DNA from: Octopus bimaculoides
Taxonomy: Eukaryota
Direction of reading: 5' to 3'
Length of the DNA stretch: 64,000 bases
Assembly: GCF_001194135.2 (NCBI RefSeq)
Contig: NC_068985.1
Coordinates: forward strand, 31,221,792-31,285,791
The notes under the pieces were generated by a model. That model did not search any database. It was not told the origin of the DNA and saw nothing but the letters and a program-made list of their open reading frames with translations. Position 1 is the first letter of the stretch, and each line of letters opens with the position of its first letter. The position numbers were made by a program, and so were the translations under genes. Shown one piece after another: positions 49,783 through 62,645 of the stretch.

Positions 49783-51849
49783 TATGTAATGAATTGCTTC
49801 CTAGCTTCTTAGCCAAGATTTGAAACCTAGCCTAGATTTTTCTTCCAGTTTCTTTCATATTGTTTTCAGCCTCTGCACTTATAAAATTTATGAAATTCAA
49901 CAGTCACATTTAGTAGAGTTTTCTTGTTTAACTTAACATTCTTAGGTTAAATAGGGTTCAGGCAGATAAGAGACAGAAAATCCTTTTTCTAGCCTTACCT
50001 AATTTAGTTTTAAAAAATATAAATACAGAACCCAAAATTGGTTTTAACTCTTCTTCACTTGGCTGACCATTAAAGAGCATCACTTTTTCTTCCTTTCCTT
50101 ATGAGCTATCAAAGAGGGAGCATTTAACTTTCACCCTCTCTACCAGTCAACACAGGTAAACTCTCTTATGCTTTCTCTCCTTTTCCATCAATCTTCTAGT
50201 AGTCAACAAAGGATGAATTTGACTACCTAAAGATTAGAAAGCAGAACAGCAAATTATCATTGTATAACAACATCTCAAGGAAGTTGTATCTTATATTGTA
50301 ACAATGAAAATAAAAGGCCGTTTCATATAATATTTTCTTCTTCTCATTTATTTGCAGTATATAAATCATTACAAATATATGTCCTAACAAACACATGTCC
50401 TCAACATGGTAATGTCTGCACCACAAAGATTAGCCATCCTCTTCAGAAAACCAGGAAATATTTAGCCCCTGACACCTAATCTTATATACTGCCTTATTGA
50501 ATTAATTATATTTTTAATCTCATAGTGTTTTTAAACCAATAAAAGTACAGTTTGAGTTTCAGTTCCATTAAAGCCAACTTTAATTGTTAACATTTAACAA
50601 AAATTGATAAATCACAGGGTAAATACTCAACAGTCACTGTCATCTCACACCTAAAGATCAATAAAATACATGCTAGTAACATACTAAGATCTACTCAGCC
50701 TGTCCTACAAAAATTAAATTTTGTTCATTTGTTTTCCAGATCTTCTGAGGCTAGTAAGATTAATTTTATAAATTAACATTGTTCTTGAACATATGCATGT
50801 TGATTGAAAGCTACAAGCAAAGATGTTCAAAGAGGGGTTCCAGAATGGTGAGGTTCTGAGAAGAAGGATGGACATATGAGTTAGTGTGGAGCCTAAAAAG
50901 AGGAGTAAATATAGGAGAACAAATGAACATGTGTGTCAGGAGTTCTTGAGTGGAGGAAGCATGAGGCCAGACAGAACTGTAATAGTGGTAGAAATGGTAA
51001 AGAGTTGAAGCAAGGTGTCTGTAAACCAGAGGTTAGAGAGTGTTGCTTAATAGTTTCCTGTCAATCAGTCAAGTAAAATTTCTTTGGATGCAGTTTAGGA
51101 TGTGTGTATGTGTAACAACAGTTTCATCCTAGATGTGGGAACAGGACTCCATTGTTGATATTAGCTAAGATATCTAGAAAGTAGGCTCTTATCTTCCAGT
51201 TGTTGAATGTTGTAGATATTCCCACTGCGCCTTGTGTATTTCTATGTTCGTGTGTTTGCTCTACCTCAAAACAGAAAAGTGGTACAAACTTATATACAAG
51301 AATTAACAGAAGAGAAGAACCGCAAATTCGTCTCCTGCTCATTTCCCCCCAAGGTACCACACTCTGTAGACAAAGTAAACAAACGAAACCCATGTTGAGA
51401 AATGATGAAAACTGCTAGGACCAAGCCGGTAAACTTGCAATGTGACAAGATCGTTTCCAGCTGTTTCGTTTTCGCCATTTTTCCTGTTGAAGCCTACAGC
51501 CATCGTTCTTGTCTACCACCATGTTCCGACGCCTTACATGTTGTTAGAGACAGAAAACCACCAATTCACCTGCCAATTTCTGACGCCATCTTGAAAAAAA
51601 AAAGAACGGAACAAATATTTTTTTCAGCAGACTGTAACACAGGTTTGGCAACTAAAAAAAAAAAGAAAATTTTGTTAAGAAAATTTTTTTCTGCACACAT
51701 GTTTATCATTCCAACAACACTTTTGTCAGTTCTTTGGTCCTTTCCTCTGTGAGAGTTTTGTACATTCCCATGCTTTTTTCCTTTTTCCTTTCTTTCCTCT
51801 GTAAAAGATGAGTCTTCCCAACTTGCCTGCATACTCTGGTGACATCACA

Positions 51850-53840
51850 CTTTGGTTTGCTCAATTAGATGCATATTTTTCCACCCATGCTGTGCCTCAC
51901 CAACAGCAACTGAACTTTTTGTAGTAGAATGCCTTCACCATTTGCATGCTCAGTGAAAGATTTCATCACTGAGCCACATCCAGATGTGACTTATGTGTCC
52001 ATCAAATCTGAGGTTCTCCGTTGGAACACACAATCCATGGAGAGTAAATTCCAGACACTAATGCAGGATGAACACCTGGGAGATAGGACACCATCTGAGT
52101 TTCTTCATTGGTTGCGAGAACTCAGCAACGCTCCACTTGAGGACAATCTTCTGTTAAGGAAATTGTTTTTCTCTTGTCTACTGCCGAATGTCTAATCAAT
52201 ACTGGCCACAACAGTCAACCCAATTTGCTCGATCAGATAGCCACCATGGTGGACAAGATCACAGAGCTTACTGTACAGCCCACACCTCACCATACCTGTT
52301 TGAACCCCGTAGTAGCTTCCTCTACTACTACAGATTCTCCTGCCTCATCATATGACAACATTTTGGAGAGAGTCGATGCATTAACACGTCACATGGACAC
52401 ACTGTGGCGAGAACATGCCAGCTCTTGGCCATGGTCATCTAGTTCTGTTCCAATGGTTTCCAATCTCTGCTGGTGCCATGCCAGATTTAAGGACAAAGCC
52501 CATTGATGCATCTAACCCTGTTTATTCAAGCTGTCGGGAAACTAGTTGCAGAAGATTTGGGCATGTCAGTTTCTTCCTGAAATTTTTCATCTCATCATGC
52601 ATTCTTTGTTAAGGATTGTGTGTCTCACGAATCGTTCATGGTTGACACTGGATCCAGCTGTTCTATTTTGCCTTTGCGCCTTACTTCAGACAAGCCAAAG
52701 CAATCTGTCATTAACTTGCATACGGTGAACCTATCCCCAATAAAAACTTACAGTCAGGTCTCATTAAACCTAGATCTCAACCTTTGAAGTGATTTTAGGT
52801 GGGTTTTTGTTATAGCAGATCTACCACATCCTATTCTGGGTGTGGACTTCTTAAACCACTTTCACTTATTAGTAGATGTCAGGCGACAGCGACTCATGGA
52901 CGATTCTACGTCTTTGTTTATACCTGCTCGGGTTACTACTAATGCTGTTTTCAGCCCATCATTTTTTGTCGCCACTGCTGGAGATCAGAGGTTTATTGAC
53001 AAAGTTGTCCATGGACTTGACTGTGTGTTTGCTTACATGGATGATTTGCTTATAGGTAGCGACACGTGAAAATCACCTCCAACACTTATCTCAACTTTTC
53101 CAGCATCTTCGCCCCAACAATGTGCAAATCAACCCTGATAAATGTGTTTTCGGACAGACCTCTCTAGAATTCCTAGGTCATTATATCAACTCTAATGGTA
53201 TCTAACCTCTCTCCTCCAAAGTTGATGCAATTCAACACATCTCACTTCCCACTTCTTTACACCAACTGCGTCATTTTTTGGGAATCGTCAACTTCTACAG
53301 GAGATTCATACCTAAATGTGCAGACAAGTTACTTCCTTTGACTCAACTATTGAAAGCAAATAAAACAAAAAATTCTCCTATCACTTTATCTGCTGAGGCA
53401 CTATCTTCTTTTGAGTCAATCAAGAAGGAAATAGCTTCTTTTCCTTTACTTGCACAGCCGGTTCCTGATGCTCATGTCTCTTTAACAGTTGATGCATTGG
53501 ATTCTGCGGTCGGTGCCATTTTACAAAATACCGTCGATAATCAAACTTGACCTTTGGCATTTTTTCTTGTCAATTAAAGCCAGCTGAACAGCATTACAGT
53601 ACGTTTGATCGTGAACTCAAAGCGATCTACCTGTCGGTTTGTTGTTTTCAATATCAACTCGAGTGCCGAGATTTTGTGATTTATATTGATCACAAGCCTC
53701 TTACATTTACTCTGCCATCTAAATTGGACAGACACTCACCTCATGCTCTTTGCCACCTGGACTACATTTCCCAGTTCATGAGTGACATTCGGCATATACC
53801 TGGAACAGAGAAGTACCTGCTGACGCACTCTCTCGTTGCC
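51850..53840 (+). mobile_element. Decayed Gypsy gag-pol, CsRn1-type, with most of RT deleted
   Basis: Gag WFAQLDAYF, EHLGDRTPSEFL and CHCC motif CWCHARF...C..PC; protease FMVDTGSS and LGVDFLNHF; RT AYMDDLLIGS; RNase H LTVDALDSAVGAIL, YSTFDRELKAIY, DHKPL, DALSR; many stops and frameshifts; no LTRs seen. Confidence 0.9.
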
Positions 53841-54034
53841 GTCTTCTCTTTCATCTCCTACTGCAATCGATTTAACTACCATTGCGCAGTATCATTTCAA
53901 AATTTTAATTTCCCCCCACCCCCACCCCCACCCAAGAATTGGAGGGGGGAATTAAAATTTTAAAATGCCATTTTTTTTGCAGAATCAATATCTCTGTACT
54001 CGAAAATGGCGTATTCTGTAAAAAAAAAAGAAAA

Positions 54035-54350
54035 AAAACGAAAGAGGGTGCGGTCTTTTTACGTCCCTCACCACTTGTCTATTAAACCAGTGCACGAGAT
54101 TTCCACCCTTCTCAACATCCCTAGGTCCACTGTTTCCAATGTAATAACGAAGTGGAAACGTGAAGAGACGTGCACAACCCAAAAGCGTTCGGGCCAACCG
54201 CCCAAGAGACCGTCGGATGTTGAAGAGGGTCGTATGTGCATAATGGTCTATCACCATCACACAGGATCCACTCCAAGCACCATAATTGTTCGGCGCGAGG
54301 TACGGAAACTTCGTTTCCACGGAAGAGCAGCTGCCCATAAGTATATGGGA
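54035..54350 (+). mobile_element. Tc1-type transposase N-terminal (HTH) fragment
   Basis: EISTLLNIPRSTVSNVITKWKREETCTTQKRSGQPPK. Confidence 0.75.
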
Positions 54351-54446
54351 ATATTTTGTCAACAAATTTAGATGCATCGAATAGGTTGGTATGTTACAGT
54401 AAATAAATTAAATTTCGAACGCTGGGTAGCTATGAAGACAGCCAAG

Positions 54447-54583
54447 AAAATTGGGTCAATACCCCTAGAAAACAGAAAAAAGTTGCTAGCAGACGGTATC
54501 TGAGAGGTACAGGGTTCGATTCTCTGTAGCCGCCTGTTTGTAACTTTTTTTCCTGTCTTCTAGAAGTATTTACCCAACTTTTT
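54447..54583. repeat. About 60-bp imperfect inverted repeat with a tRNA B-box-like loop
   Basis: aaattgggtcaatacccctagaaaacagaaaaaagtt pairs with aactttttttcctgtcttctagaagtatttacccaactt; GGTTCGATTC at 54513-54522. Confidence 0.75.
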
Positions 54584-55518
54584 AGGCTGTTTGTACAGCT
54601 ATCCCTCGTTCGAAAGTTACTTAATTTTCTGTAGTATATATATATATATATATATATANNNNNNNNNNNNNNNNNNNNNNNNNNNNNNNNNNNNNNNNNN
54701 NNNNNNNNNNNNNNNNNNNNNNNNNNNNNNNNNNNNNNNNNNNNNNNNNNNNNNNNNNNNNNNNNNNNNNNNNNNNNNNNNNNNNNNNNNNNNNNNNNNN
54801 NNNNNNNNNNNNNNNNNNNNNNNNNNNNNNNNNNNNNNNNNNNNNNNNNNNNNNNNNNNNNNNNNNNNNNNNNNNNNNNNNNNNNNNNNNNNNNNNNNNN
54901 NNNNNNNNNNNNNNNNNNNNNNNNNNNNNNNNNNNNNNNNNNNNNTGACTGAAACAAGTAAAAGAGTTAAAGAGTATATATATATATATATATATTATGT
55001 GTGTGTGTGTGTATGAATGTATACATACAAAATATAAAAATACTAAAAACCAGATTCACTCTTCTCTATATTTATTTTCCCCAAAATTTGCTTGCCTGAT
55101 TTTATTTTAAAAAGTTTTAGAGAGGTCTTGTCTATTAATTACATGGCTAATCTCAGCTAATCGAAGTTTTCCAACTTATATTACATATATAAGACCTTAT
55201 GCGTACTTAATATGCAGTATGTTTCACTAATATATTTTCTTCTCAATGGTAATGTTGGTCGTGCGCGTGCGCACATACACACACACACACACACACAGCT
55301 TCTGACAAGCTATGCCTCTTATTTCGAAATAGCAATATAGCAATAGAGGTGAAATCTTGTGAACGAATATTTTTGTGAGCATTTTTGTTATATCATTCAG
55401 GATTAATAAATATTTGAAGATGGTTTTGCCCTCGAAATTTCCCCTTATCTTTTAATAAATCTTAATCTTAAGCGGCCTTATATATCCGGGCAATTTGTCT
55501 GCGCAGCCGCACTTGAAG

Positions 55519-55530
55519 TCTTTCTTTCTG
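55519..55530 (+). promoter_or_regulatory. TCT/5'TOP pyrimidine initiator of RPS25
   Basis: TCTTTCTTTCTG about 35 nt upstream of the ATG, typical of ribosomal protein genes. Confidence 0.75.
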
Positions 55531-55553
55531 CTACAACCTCGTGGACGTAAAGG

Positions 55554-55556
55554 ATG
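55554..55556 (+). CDS. RPS25: RPS25 exon 1 coding part (ATG only)
   Basis: aggATG|gtacgc directly after the TOP leader. Confidence 0.8.
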
Positions 55557-58500
55557 GTACGCTCTTCTCCTTATTTTTTTCGCACTTCATTTCGTTGGTT
55601 TTGCTTAAATTTTTACCAAACCTCAATATAGAACAATTTAATCGATTACATTATTTAATGATAGTAATTTCTGTAGTGTTTAGAGCAAGTAAGTTAATGT
55701 CTTTTAATTGTAAGTTACAATTTATTGTACCTACCCAATACATTCTCAACATGGCAGCTTATTTAACATAATTGTTAAAGTAAAGCTTCATTTCATTTAT
55801 CCGGAAGTAGGATCTTTAGGAATTAATATGTATATAATGTATGAAGGTACAAAATAACCCTAAAATGTTATGTAATAGACAGTTGCATATCGGTTAGTCA
55901 ATGTCACAAAATAATTCGTAAATGTGATCTGTCTACTATCAAAGTACACGTGGTATTTTTCCGATACGCGGATTTCTTTTCATCTGGGCATTTGAAAGAA
56001 GGCAATTTTAGCGGAAATTGACCATAAATATCATATTCTTATTTTGTTGCAAATGAAATCAGCTCAAACAGTTATAACTTGTTCTAATTTGCTTTGTACT
56101 ACATATCCAATTTGTTTAATTTTGCTTTTTCTGTTACCATTTCTTGTTTGATTTTGTTCTTTTTTATAATTAGTTCTATTTTAACTGTTTGTAATATTTC
56201 GGTAGTCTTCAGGGCAACAAGCTGGCAGAATTGTTGACATGCTGGGCAAAATACTTATCGGCATTTCTTCCGTTTTTAACGAAGGATCGCCTTTACGTTC
56301 TGCTTTAAATTTCTACCTATCTCGATAAAATTAGTACCAGTTGAATACTGGCGTCGATGTAATCGACTTACTTCTCTTCTGAAATAGCTGGCTTTGTGCC
56401 AAAATTTGAAACCAATATTTCTGTCAATAACATCAACAATAATGTACAAAAATAGTTGGCTATCGACGTGATGAAATGAAAAAGACTGCCAGGAAATTAA
56501 CAAGAGTGTTAATTATAAACAGTTTTCTGAACTAATATACCAATAACATATTTCGAAAATTTTACTCGTCCCGTTTTGAGTTATTTTGGGTTTTTCTTCA
56601 TTATTCTAGCTGACGCCGCTTTAGTTAAGATTGACATAATGTCCTCTCGACGCTTGCTAACCCAAGTATATTGTTTGATCGGAGTCTTGGGTATAACGAG
56701 GAATATATTTACAATTAAACCATTTGTCGAAATGATCAATTTTCTCGTCCTACATGTCTCTACTGTAGAATTTTCGATGTAAATAATGCATATAATATTA
56801 ATGCCTTGTATGAGAGAACTATTTTTCATCTTCACCGTCAAATATTTTCTTGTAGCCGCCCAAAAAGACAGATAGCAAGGGAGGAAAGGGAGGAAAACAG
56901 CCAGAAAAGAAAAAGAAGGAAGGAGGATCCGGTGGTAAAGCCAAAAAGAAGGTAAATATCGATTCTAAATACTGTCTAGATTTATGCTTAAAATTGTGAA
57001 AATTTTTATATAACCTGATGAAAATTTTTTCGTTAATAGTATGTTACTCTCAATTGTTGATTACCTGTAGGAATGGTCATTATAAAGACCTTCACCCGGG
57101 AACAAAAAAGAAAACCAGCCTGGGGGTGTTAACAAGTGTGTGGAAAACGAATATGAGAAAAAAATGCGCGCTGGCGGAGTGGGGAGGGGACTTTGGGAAA
57201 ACTCACAAGATCCGATTTTTCCGTTATAACTTTTGCGAAAATGGATGTAAATTGATTTTTTTTTCTTTTGGTTGTGGAGAACCCGATTCTGGAAATTTTT
57301 TTTCAAAGATCGCTTTTTCAAAATTTCAATCCCACCTACTCCCTCATTACGATTCTGAAAAAAAATTTGTAAGGTCCTTAACTGTTAACGAAAGCAAAAA
57401 AAAAAAAACCATCCTGTATCCGAAAACGTGGGATTCCGTAAAAAAAATCCAATATATATCCATTTTCTTGAAAGTTATGAGGGAAAAAGCTTCAAAATTA
57501 ATTTTTTTAAAATATAAAAGCAATGATGTATTTTTAAGAAAAGCGTGATGACCAAGACCGGAACACTGAGTCAGGAACAAACTTGCATCTATATAATGGG
57601 GCATAATAAATTTACGGTTCATTTAATGTAACTGTTGAGTAGCCCAAAATGCCATACATATTTAGTAATCTATATTATGGTGTATAATAAATAACACTGT
57701 GAAGGCTGTGGACTTTGTTTTTATTACTCTGAATAAATAATGACAAAAAAACGACTTTGTTAATGTTAGCAAATCATCTCCAGTCTGATATTGAAGTATT
57801 AAATGAAATTATCATGAATTGGCTGGCTGCCAATTTTTTTCATTAAAGCAGTGACAGTCATAAAACAGTTCAAATTACATTCTTTGTGATTAATGCAATT
57901 GTTTTAACTCTGGTTTTAAAAAAGTGAAGTACAATGGGGAGATGAGAAATATTAAAACATGGAGTCCAATGGGAATTGACTTTGATGGTGATAATTTCTA
58001 GATATGTTCTGGTCTTATTAGTAGTCCTCATCAGAATAGAATAGCTTAATAATGACTGATGTGAAATATAACACGTTTTGTGAATGAATACAGTAGTGTT
58101 AGAAAAAATTTTAATTACTTGGGAAAATACTTAAAACTTAAGTTCAGCACTACAAGACAGGTCATTCTGCATAAACTATTCATACTTAAAGGAGATATAA
58201 ACTCCCACAAGTAAGAAAGTTTATTAATGATGCGCAAGCAAAATTTCCCTGCCAGATACTTCATACTTTGTTGGTCAAAGGCGCTTCTGATTAGAAAAGA
58301 GACATATAATTAAGTCCCACAAGACAGGTGCACTATGTATGTTCTGAACTTTATCACTCATTTTGTAAGTCTATTGTGTATGACCATTTTATACATATCT
58401 TATGAAAATCCTTTACTGAACTGATCAAAGTATTTTACTAACTGCAGCTGTTTTTTTTCCATTGCAGAAGTGGTCAAAAGGAAAAGTCAGGGACAAGTTA

Positions 58501-61500
58501 AATAATTTAGTATTTTTTGACAATGCTACCTATGATAAGTTGTTAAAAGAAGTCCCTAGCTATAAACTGGTCACACCTTCAGTGGTTAGTGAAAGATTGA
58601 AGATTCGTGGTTCTCTGGCAAAACTTGCCCTCCGTGAATTGGAAAGACTAGGTAGGAATTTTTTTGTTTCGTAGCAATTCATTAAATTTTTTTTATTTTA
58701 GAGTTGAGTTTATATGGTATTTAGAAAATATTTTCTTTATTAATGTCAATATTAAAATGAGAATTTAACAGATGAGTGGTTTGTAATTTAAAAGTTATAT
58801 TTGTATACTGAGAGGTTACAGGAGATAGCTAGCTGCTTGTGTATTGAATAAACACTATAACAAACATTAGCAATTGTATAAATGAAATAACTTTGAAGAA
58901 AGTATTTCAGCTAGGTACAAGGCTACTGTTGTAATCCTCTTTGTGATAGACCAGAGAGCGACATGCTATTTCATTTCCAAAAGAACTTTGTTGAATGCAT
59001 GAAAACAAGTTAAGCTCAATTGCTGGTGGTTGGAGTTTGAAAAACACTACTAATATAGATTAGAGGGATCAATCAATTAAGTGATTTTTGCTGTTTGGGT
59101 GAGAACTGACTTGCAGTAGATTCTACAGAAGCATAGAATATTTCTGATTGAGACTGAAATATACGGTTAATGTTTGATATTATCTGGAAAGGAAATATAA
59201 AAAAAAATAGTGTAGTATGAAAACAAAAATGCATGGAAAGCAACATGGTGGGTGGGGGTGTTAACTTTGGAAAATTCACAAGGTCAGAGTTTTTCCCTTT
59301 CATATGGCATAGATTACAATTGTAAAGAAATTTGTGGCGAAAATCTTTTCTGAGGGGGTGGGGAGAGAACTTCTGAAAATTCACAAGAGCTAATGTTTTT
59401 CCCTCATAACTGTTAGGGAAATGGGTTTTTTAAATGAAATTTTATATTAATACCTTTCAAATGGCATGTGACTTGTAGCTGAGTCTTATGCTTGTATAAT
59501 TTCTTCTATGGTTCGGAGAACTATAGCATGGTTAACATGGTTTGGAGAAGGAGGGTGCAGGGAAGTTATATTCTAAGCATTCAAAAGCCCAAGGCAACCA
59601 CTAACATAATATAAACGTTCGGTTAAATTTGCATGCACATAATATATGTATGTATATATAGCCTGTATCTCAGTCTATATGTGCTCTACATAGACATATG
59701 TTTTTGGAATTAGGATGATCCTGAGATAGAAAATCTGCCCTTCATTTAGTTCTTGAACATCCAGTATTGAGATTAAGTCTGGATGCGAATTTGTTATATG
59801 CTAACAGTTAAAAATTCGAATTTTGAAAGAAACCTAAAATTTGTGAACTTACAAGTTTTTCATTTATTCTGAATTTGAAGCAATACCAATAAATGCTTTA
59901 TTGTTATTGCTCTCTTTAGTTTGGGGCCACAGGCTTTTAAAGCTAGTCTAATACAAGTGGTATCTGTTGGTCTGGATGTAAAATATTAGCTTCTTTTTTT
60001 AGCATAGTATTAATGTTTTAGTTGAAGTTTATAAGTAATTGAAGGTTTTATAGTTTGTTTTAATATGAGCATGATCAGGTGTACTTTTTCATGTTAGTTG
60101 CATGTATGTTGGTGGGTGAACATTTTGAAAATAAGCTACATTTGTCTCACTAGTCTCAATGTGTGCAAAAGGCCACAGGTACCTTTCTCCAAACCAAACA
60201 AATTAAAATATATTCTACAAAATACTTTGTAGCATTTATTTTAACAATATTTTTATATTCTGCATCTTGTTATTCTTCAGTTTGCATGTTTTGTGCAATG
60301 GTTAATTTGGGTTCTCTGTAGAGATGATAAAATTCTGACTCTTGAAGTTAATTATGAAGTTCTTATCCTCTAAGAAGTTCTGAACAGATAACCAGGCTTC
60401 TTATTTTTGGTCTATAAGCCTTGTTCTTTATTTTTTCCTAGGCAGTTATATTTTGTTTTGCTTGAAAATACATTTGAAAATTCTAATAACTTTAATTTTT
60501 TTTTCATATAAAATTACTTTGTGTGTTTGGCCAAGTGAGCAATATCTTATTTTTGAGGAACTTCCCAAACTGGTGAATTTAAAGTTGAAGTTCATTGGTC
60601 AATGTCATAAAGAGTTAGTGTTTTGTGCAGGGTAGGGATGGTTAAGAGAAATAGCCTGTATCTTAGCTAGATATTTATTGTATGGTGGTATATGTGCAAA
60701 ATCTTGTTTCTCAAAAATCTTTTAGTTTATGTAAATATATGAAGATAATGCTCATATAAAGAATGACTAATAAATGCTGTTCTGGAGTATCAGGTTCTGC
60801 TCGGTTCAAAATTTGCTGCTTTTAAAACATGGAATGTGTACAGGCGGTTTGATAAGAGTTGATTAACTTGGTTTTAAATATTTCCCTTTATATACAGCTA
60901 GGTGAGTGATGCAAATCACACCCTCCAGTTTTGTGTTAAGTAAGCTTCATTCATTGGTTGAATAAAAAAGGTTGTGATTTGAGAGATTTTGTATTTTTAG
61001 TGCCAAATTACCATGTAATGATTTCCCTTGTTTGTATACATTGTACAAGGTTGTTGAAATGTGATTTGGCTGTTTGTGAGAGGTCTTGTTTGGTGGTTCA
61101 TGTAACTGTATGTGGTGTAGTTGTACATTTGTTCCTTTTCATCTGCTTCCTACTCTAGCATGGATTGGACAGATAGCCTATATTTAAAGCATCCTGTTTT
61201 CACCTAGAATAGATGAGGATCTCATCTTGTTTGGTTTCTACAACTGGATGCCCTTCCTAATACCAATGGCTTTCTAGTGTACTGGGGACTTTGATCATGC
61301 CACCAGCATTAGAGCTTTAACATGCTCAATTAGGCTAAACAATCTTCACATTTTTCAAAGTGTACAGTGTGCAGTTTTTTTTGGTGGGAGGGCACTAGTG
61401 CTAGAGAAATAACCATGTTTTCAATATGGTTTGGGAGTTCTCAGAGCCCTGTCTCTGCTTGCATGCTAGTCTCTTTGAATGAGACATGAATAAGAAGGAT

Positions 61501-62004
61501 ATGTGATTGGGTGGGGGTGGGATGCTGGTATGAACATTCAATATTCTGTGATAGGTATGTATATTCAAGGCAACATAAGATGGTCTGGAAATGACAGAAG
61601 CCAGGATGTGTGGGAGAGAAGAAATATGGATAATTGGTAAAGATCAAAGGTTTTATGTAAGATGTGTGCACTTATTCAGTGTATTTTGCATGGCAGTTAT
61701 AATAAACTTGTTTCCATATATGCTAGAGAAGTCTGCATTTTATACACGAGATACTTTTCTGATATTTTGTTGCTTACACTTAGGCCTGCATATTATATAC
61801 ACAAGTAAATATAGTATGCTTGAACATGCTGCCTGTAAATATATAAATTTTTCTATTATTTTGCATCTTCACTACATAACAATTTTATCTTTTGTTGTAG
61901 ATATATTTACTGCTATTTTTTAAATTTTAGGTGACATCAAGCTGGTGTCCAAACACCATTCACAGATCATCTACACCAGAGCCACTAAGGAAGATGTAGC
62001 ATAA
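55554..62004 (+). CDS. RPS25: 40S ribosomal protein S25 (eS25), 118 aa, 4 coding exons
   Basis: join(55554-55556,56856-56951,58468-58651,61931-62004) = 357 nt; MPPKK...[23 protein letters not shown]...[10 protein letters not shown]...IYTRAT; ATG-only first exon as in vertebrates. Confidence 0.97.
56856..56951 (+). CDS. RPS25: RPS25 exon 2 ([11 protein letters not shown]...KAKKK)
   Basis: ttcttgtag acceptor, AAG|gtaaat donor. Confidence 0.97.
58468..58651 (+). CDS. RPS25: RPS25 exon 3 ([11 protein letters not shown]...RELERL)
   Basis: cattgcag acceptor, G|gtagga donor. Confidence 0.98.
61931..62004 (+). CDS. RPS25: RPS25 exon 4 ([24 protein letters not shown])
   Basis: ttttag acceptor, TAA at 62002-62004. 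Confidence 0.97.
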
Positions 62005-62020
62005 CCTTAGAATGAAGTTC

Positions 62021-62026
62021 AATAAA
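62021..62026 (+). terminator. RPS25 polyadenylation signal AATAAA
   Basis: Canonical hexamer 16 nt after the stop codon. Confidence 0.8.
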
Positions 62027-62239
62027 TGGCATTAATATAAATTTTTTTTTTTAATTCTTGGCTTTAACCTGTTATGTTCCCATCTCCCTTGTAACTGACG
62101 TGGAATCCACAATAGCGACTGAAACATTGCTGTAACTAGATTGCTTTGTAAAATTGTCTTCAATATGTTAAAATTAGAATACGATGAATGTTAAACTTGC
62201 TTTTTTATCATTACACAGGGTTTGCTCTTATTAAAATTT

Positions 62240-62620
62240 CTGTTACCTAAGGGACTAGATTAGTAGCGAGGGAAGATGCATGGAGAGTGTGATGGTTAGA
62301 ATAATAGGATGAAGGAAATTCAGAGAGCTGCCACCTGTTAGGCCACAGAAGGCTTCTCCGAGTGAAAGGAGGATTTGTATTGATGCATGTATATGGACAG
62401 TAAATTCTACATGATAGCGAGGCATGAGCTCTGAATGCAGAAGACATAGGAAGGTTAGAAAGGAATGAGGCTAGTATACTCTACTGGATGTGTAATGTAA
62501 GCATACATGTTTGACAGTGTTAGTGTTCTGAGAAAAGTAAGGCATGAGAGGAATTAGTTCCTGTAAGAGTGAAGGCTTCACTGGATTGGTCATATATGAT
62601 GTGGATGTGTTTCAATAGCT
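62240..62620 (-). mobile_element. Decayed RTE LINE fragment
   Basis: Similar to the 4480-4900 and 10870-11200 RTE segments. Confidence 0.55.
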
Positions 62621-62645
62621 CCATAAAGTAGTGCCAATGTCTTAA

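Noticed and set aside
57545-57569. GTGATGA followed by CTGA in RPS25 intron 2
   Set aside because: The boxes are only 14 nt apart and no second box D or closing stem lies at a suitable distance.
58247-58280. Loose resemblance to the 5' end of 18S rRNA (CCTGCCAG...TCATA...CAAAG)
   Set aside because: Short and gapped; compatible with chance.
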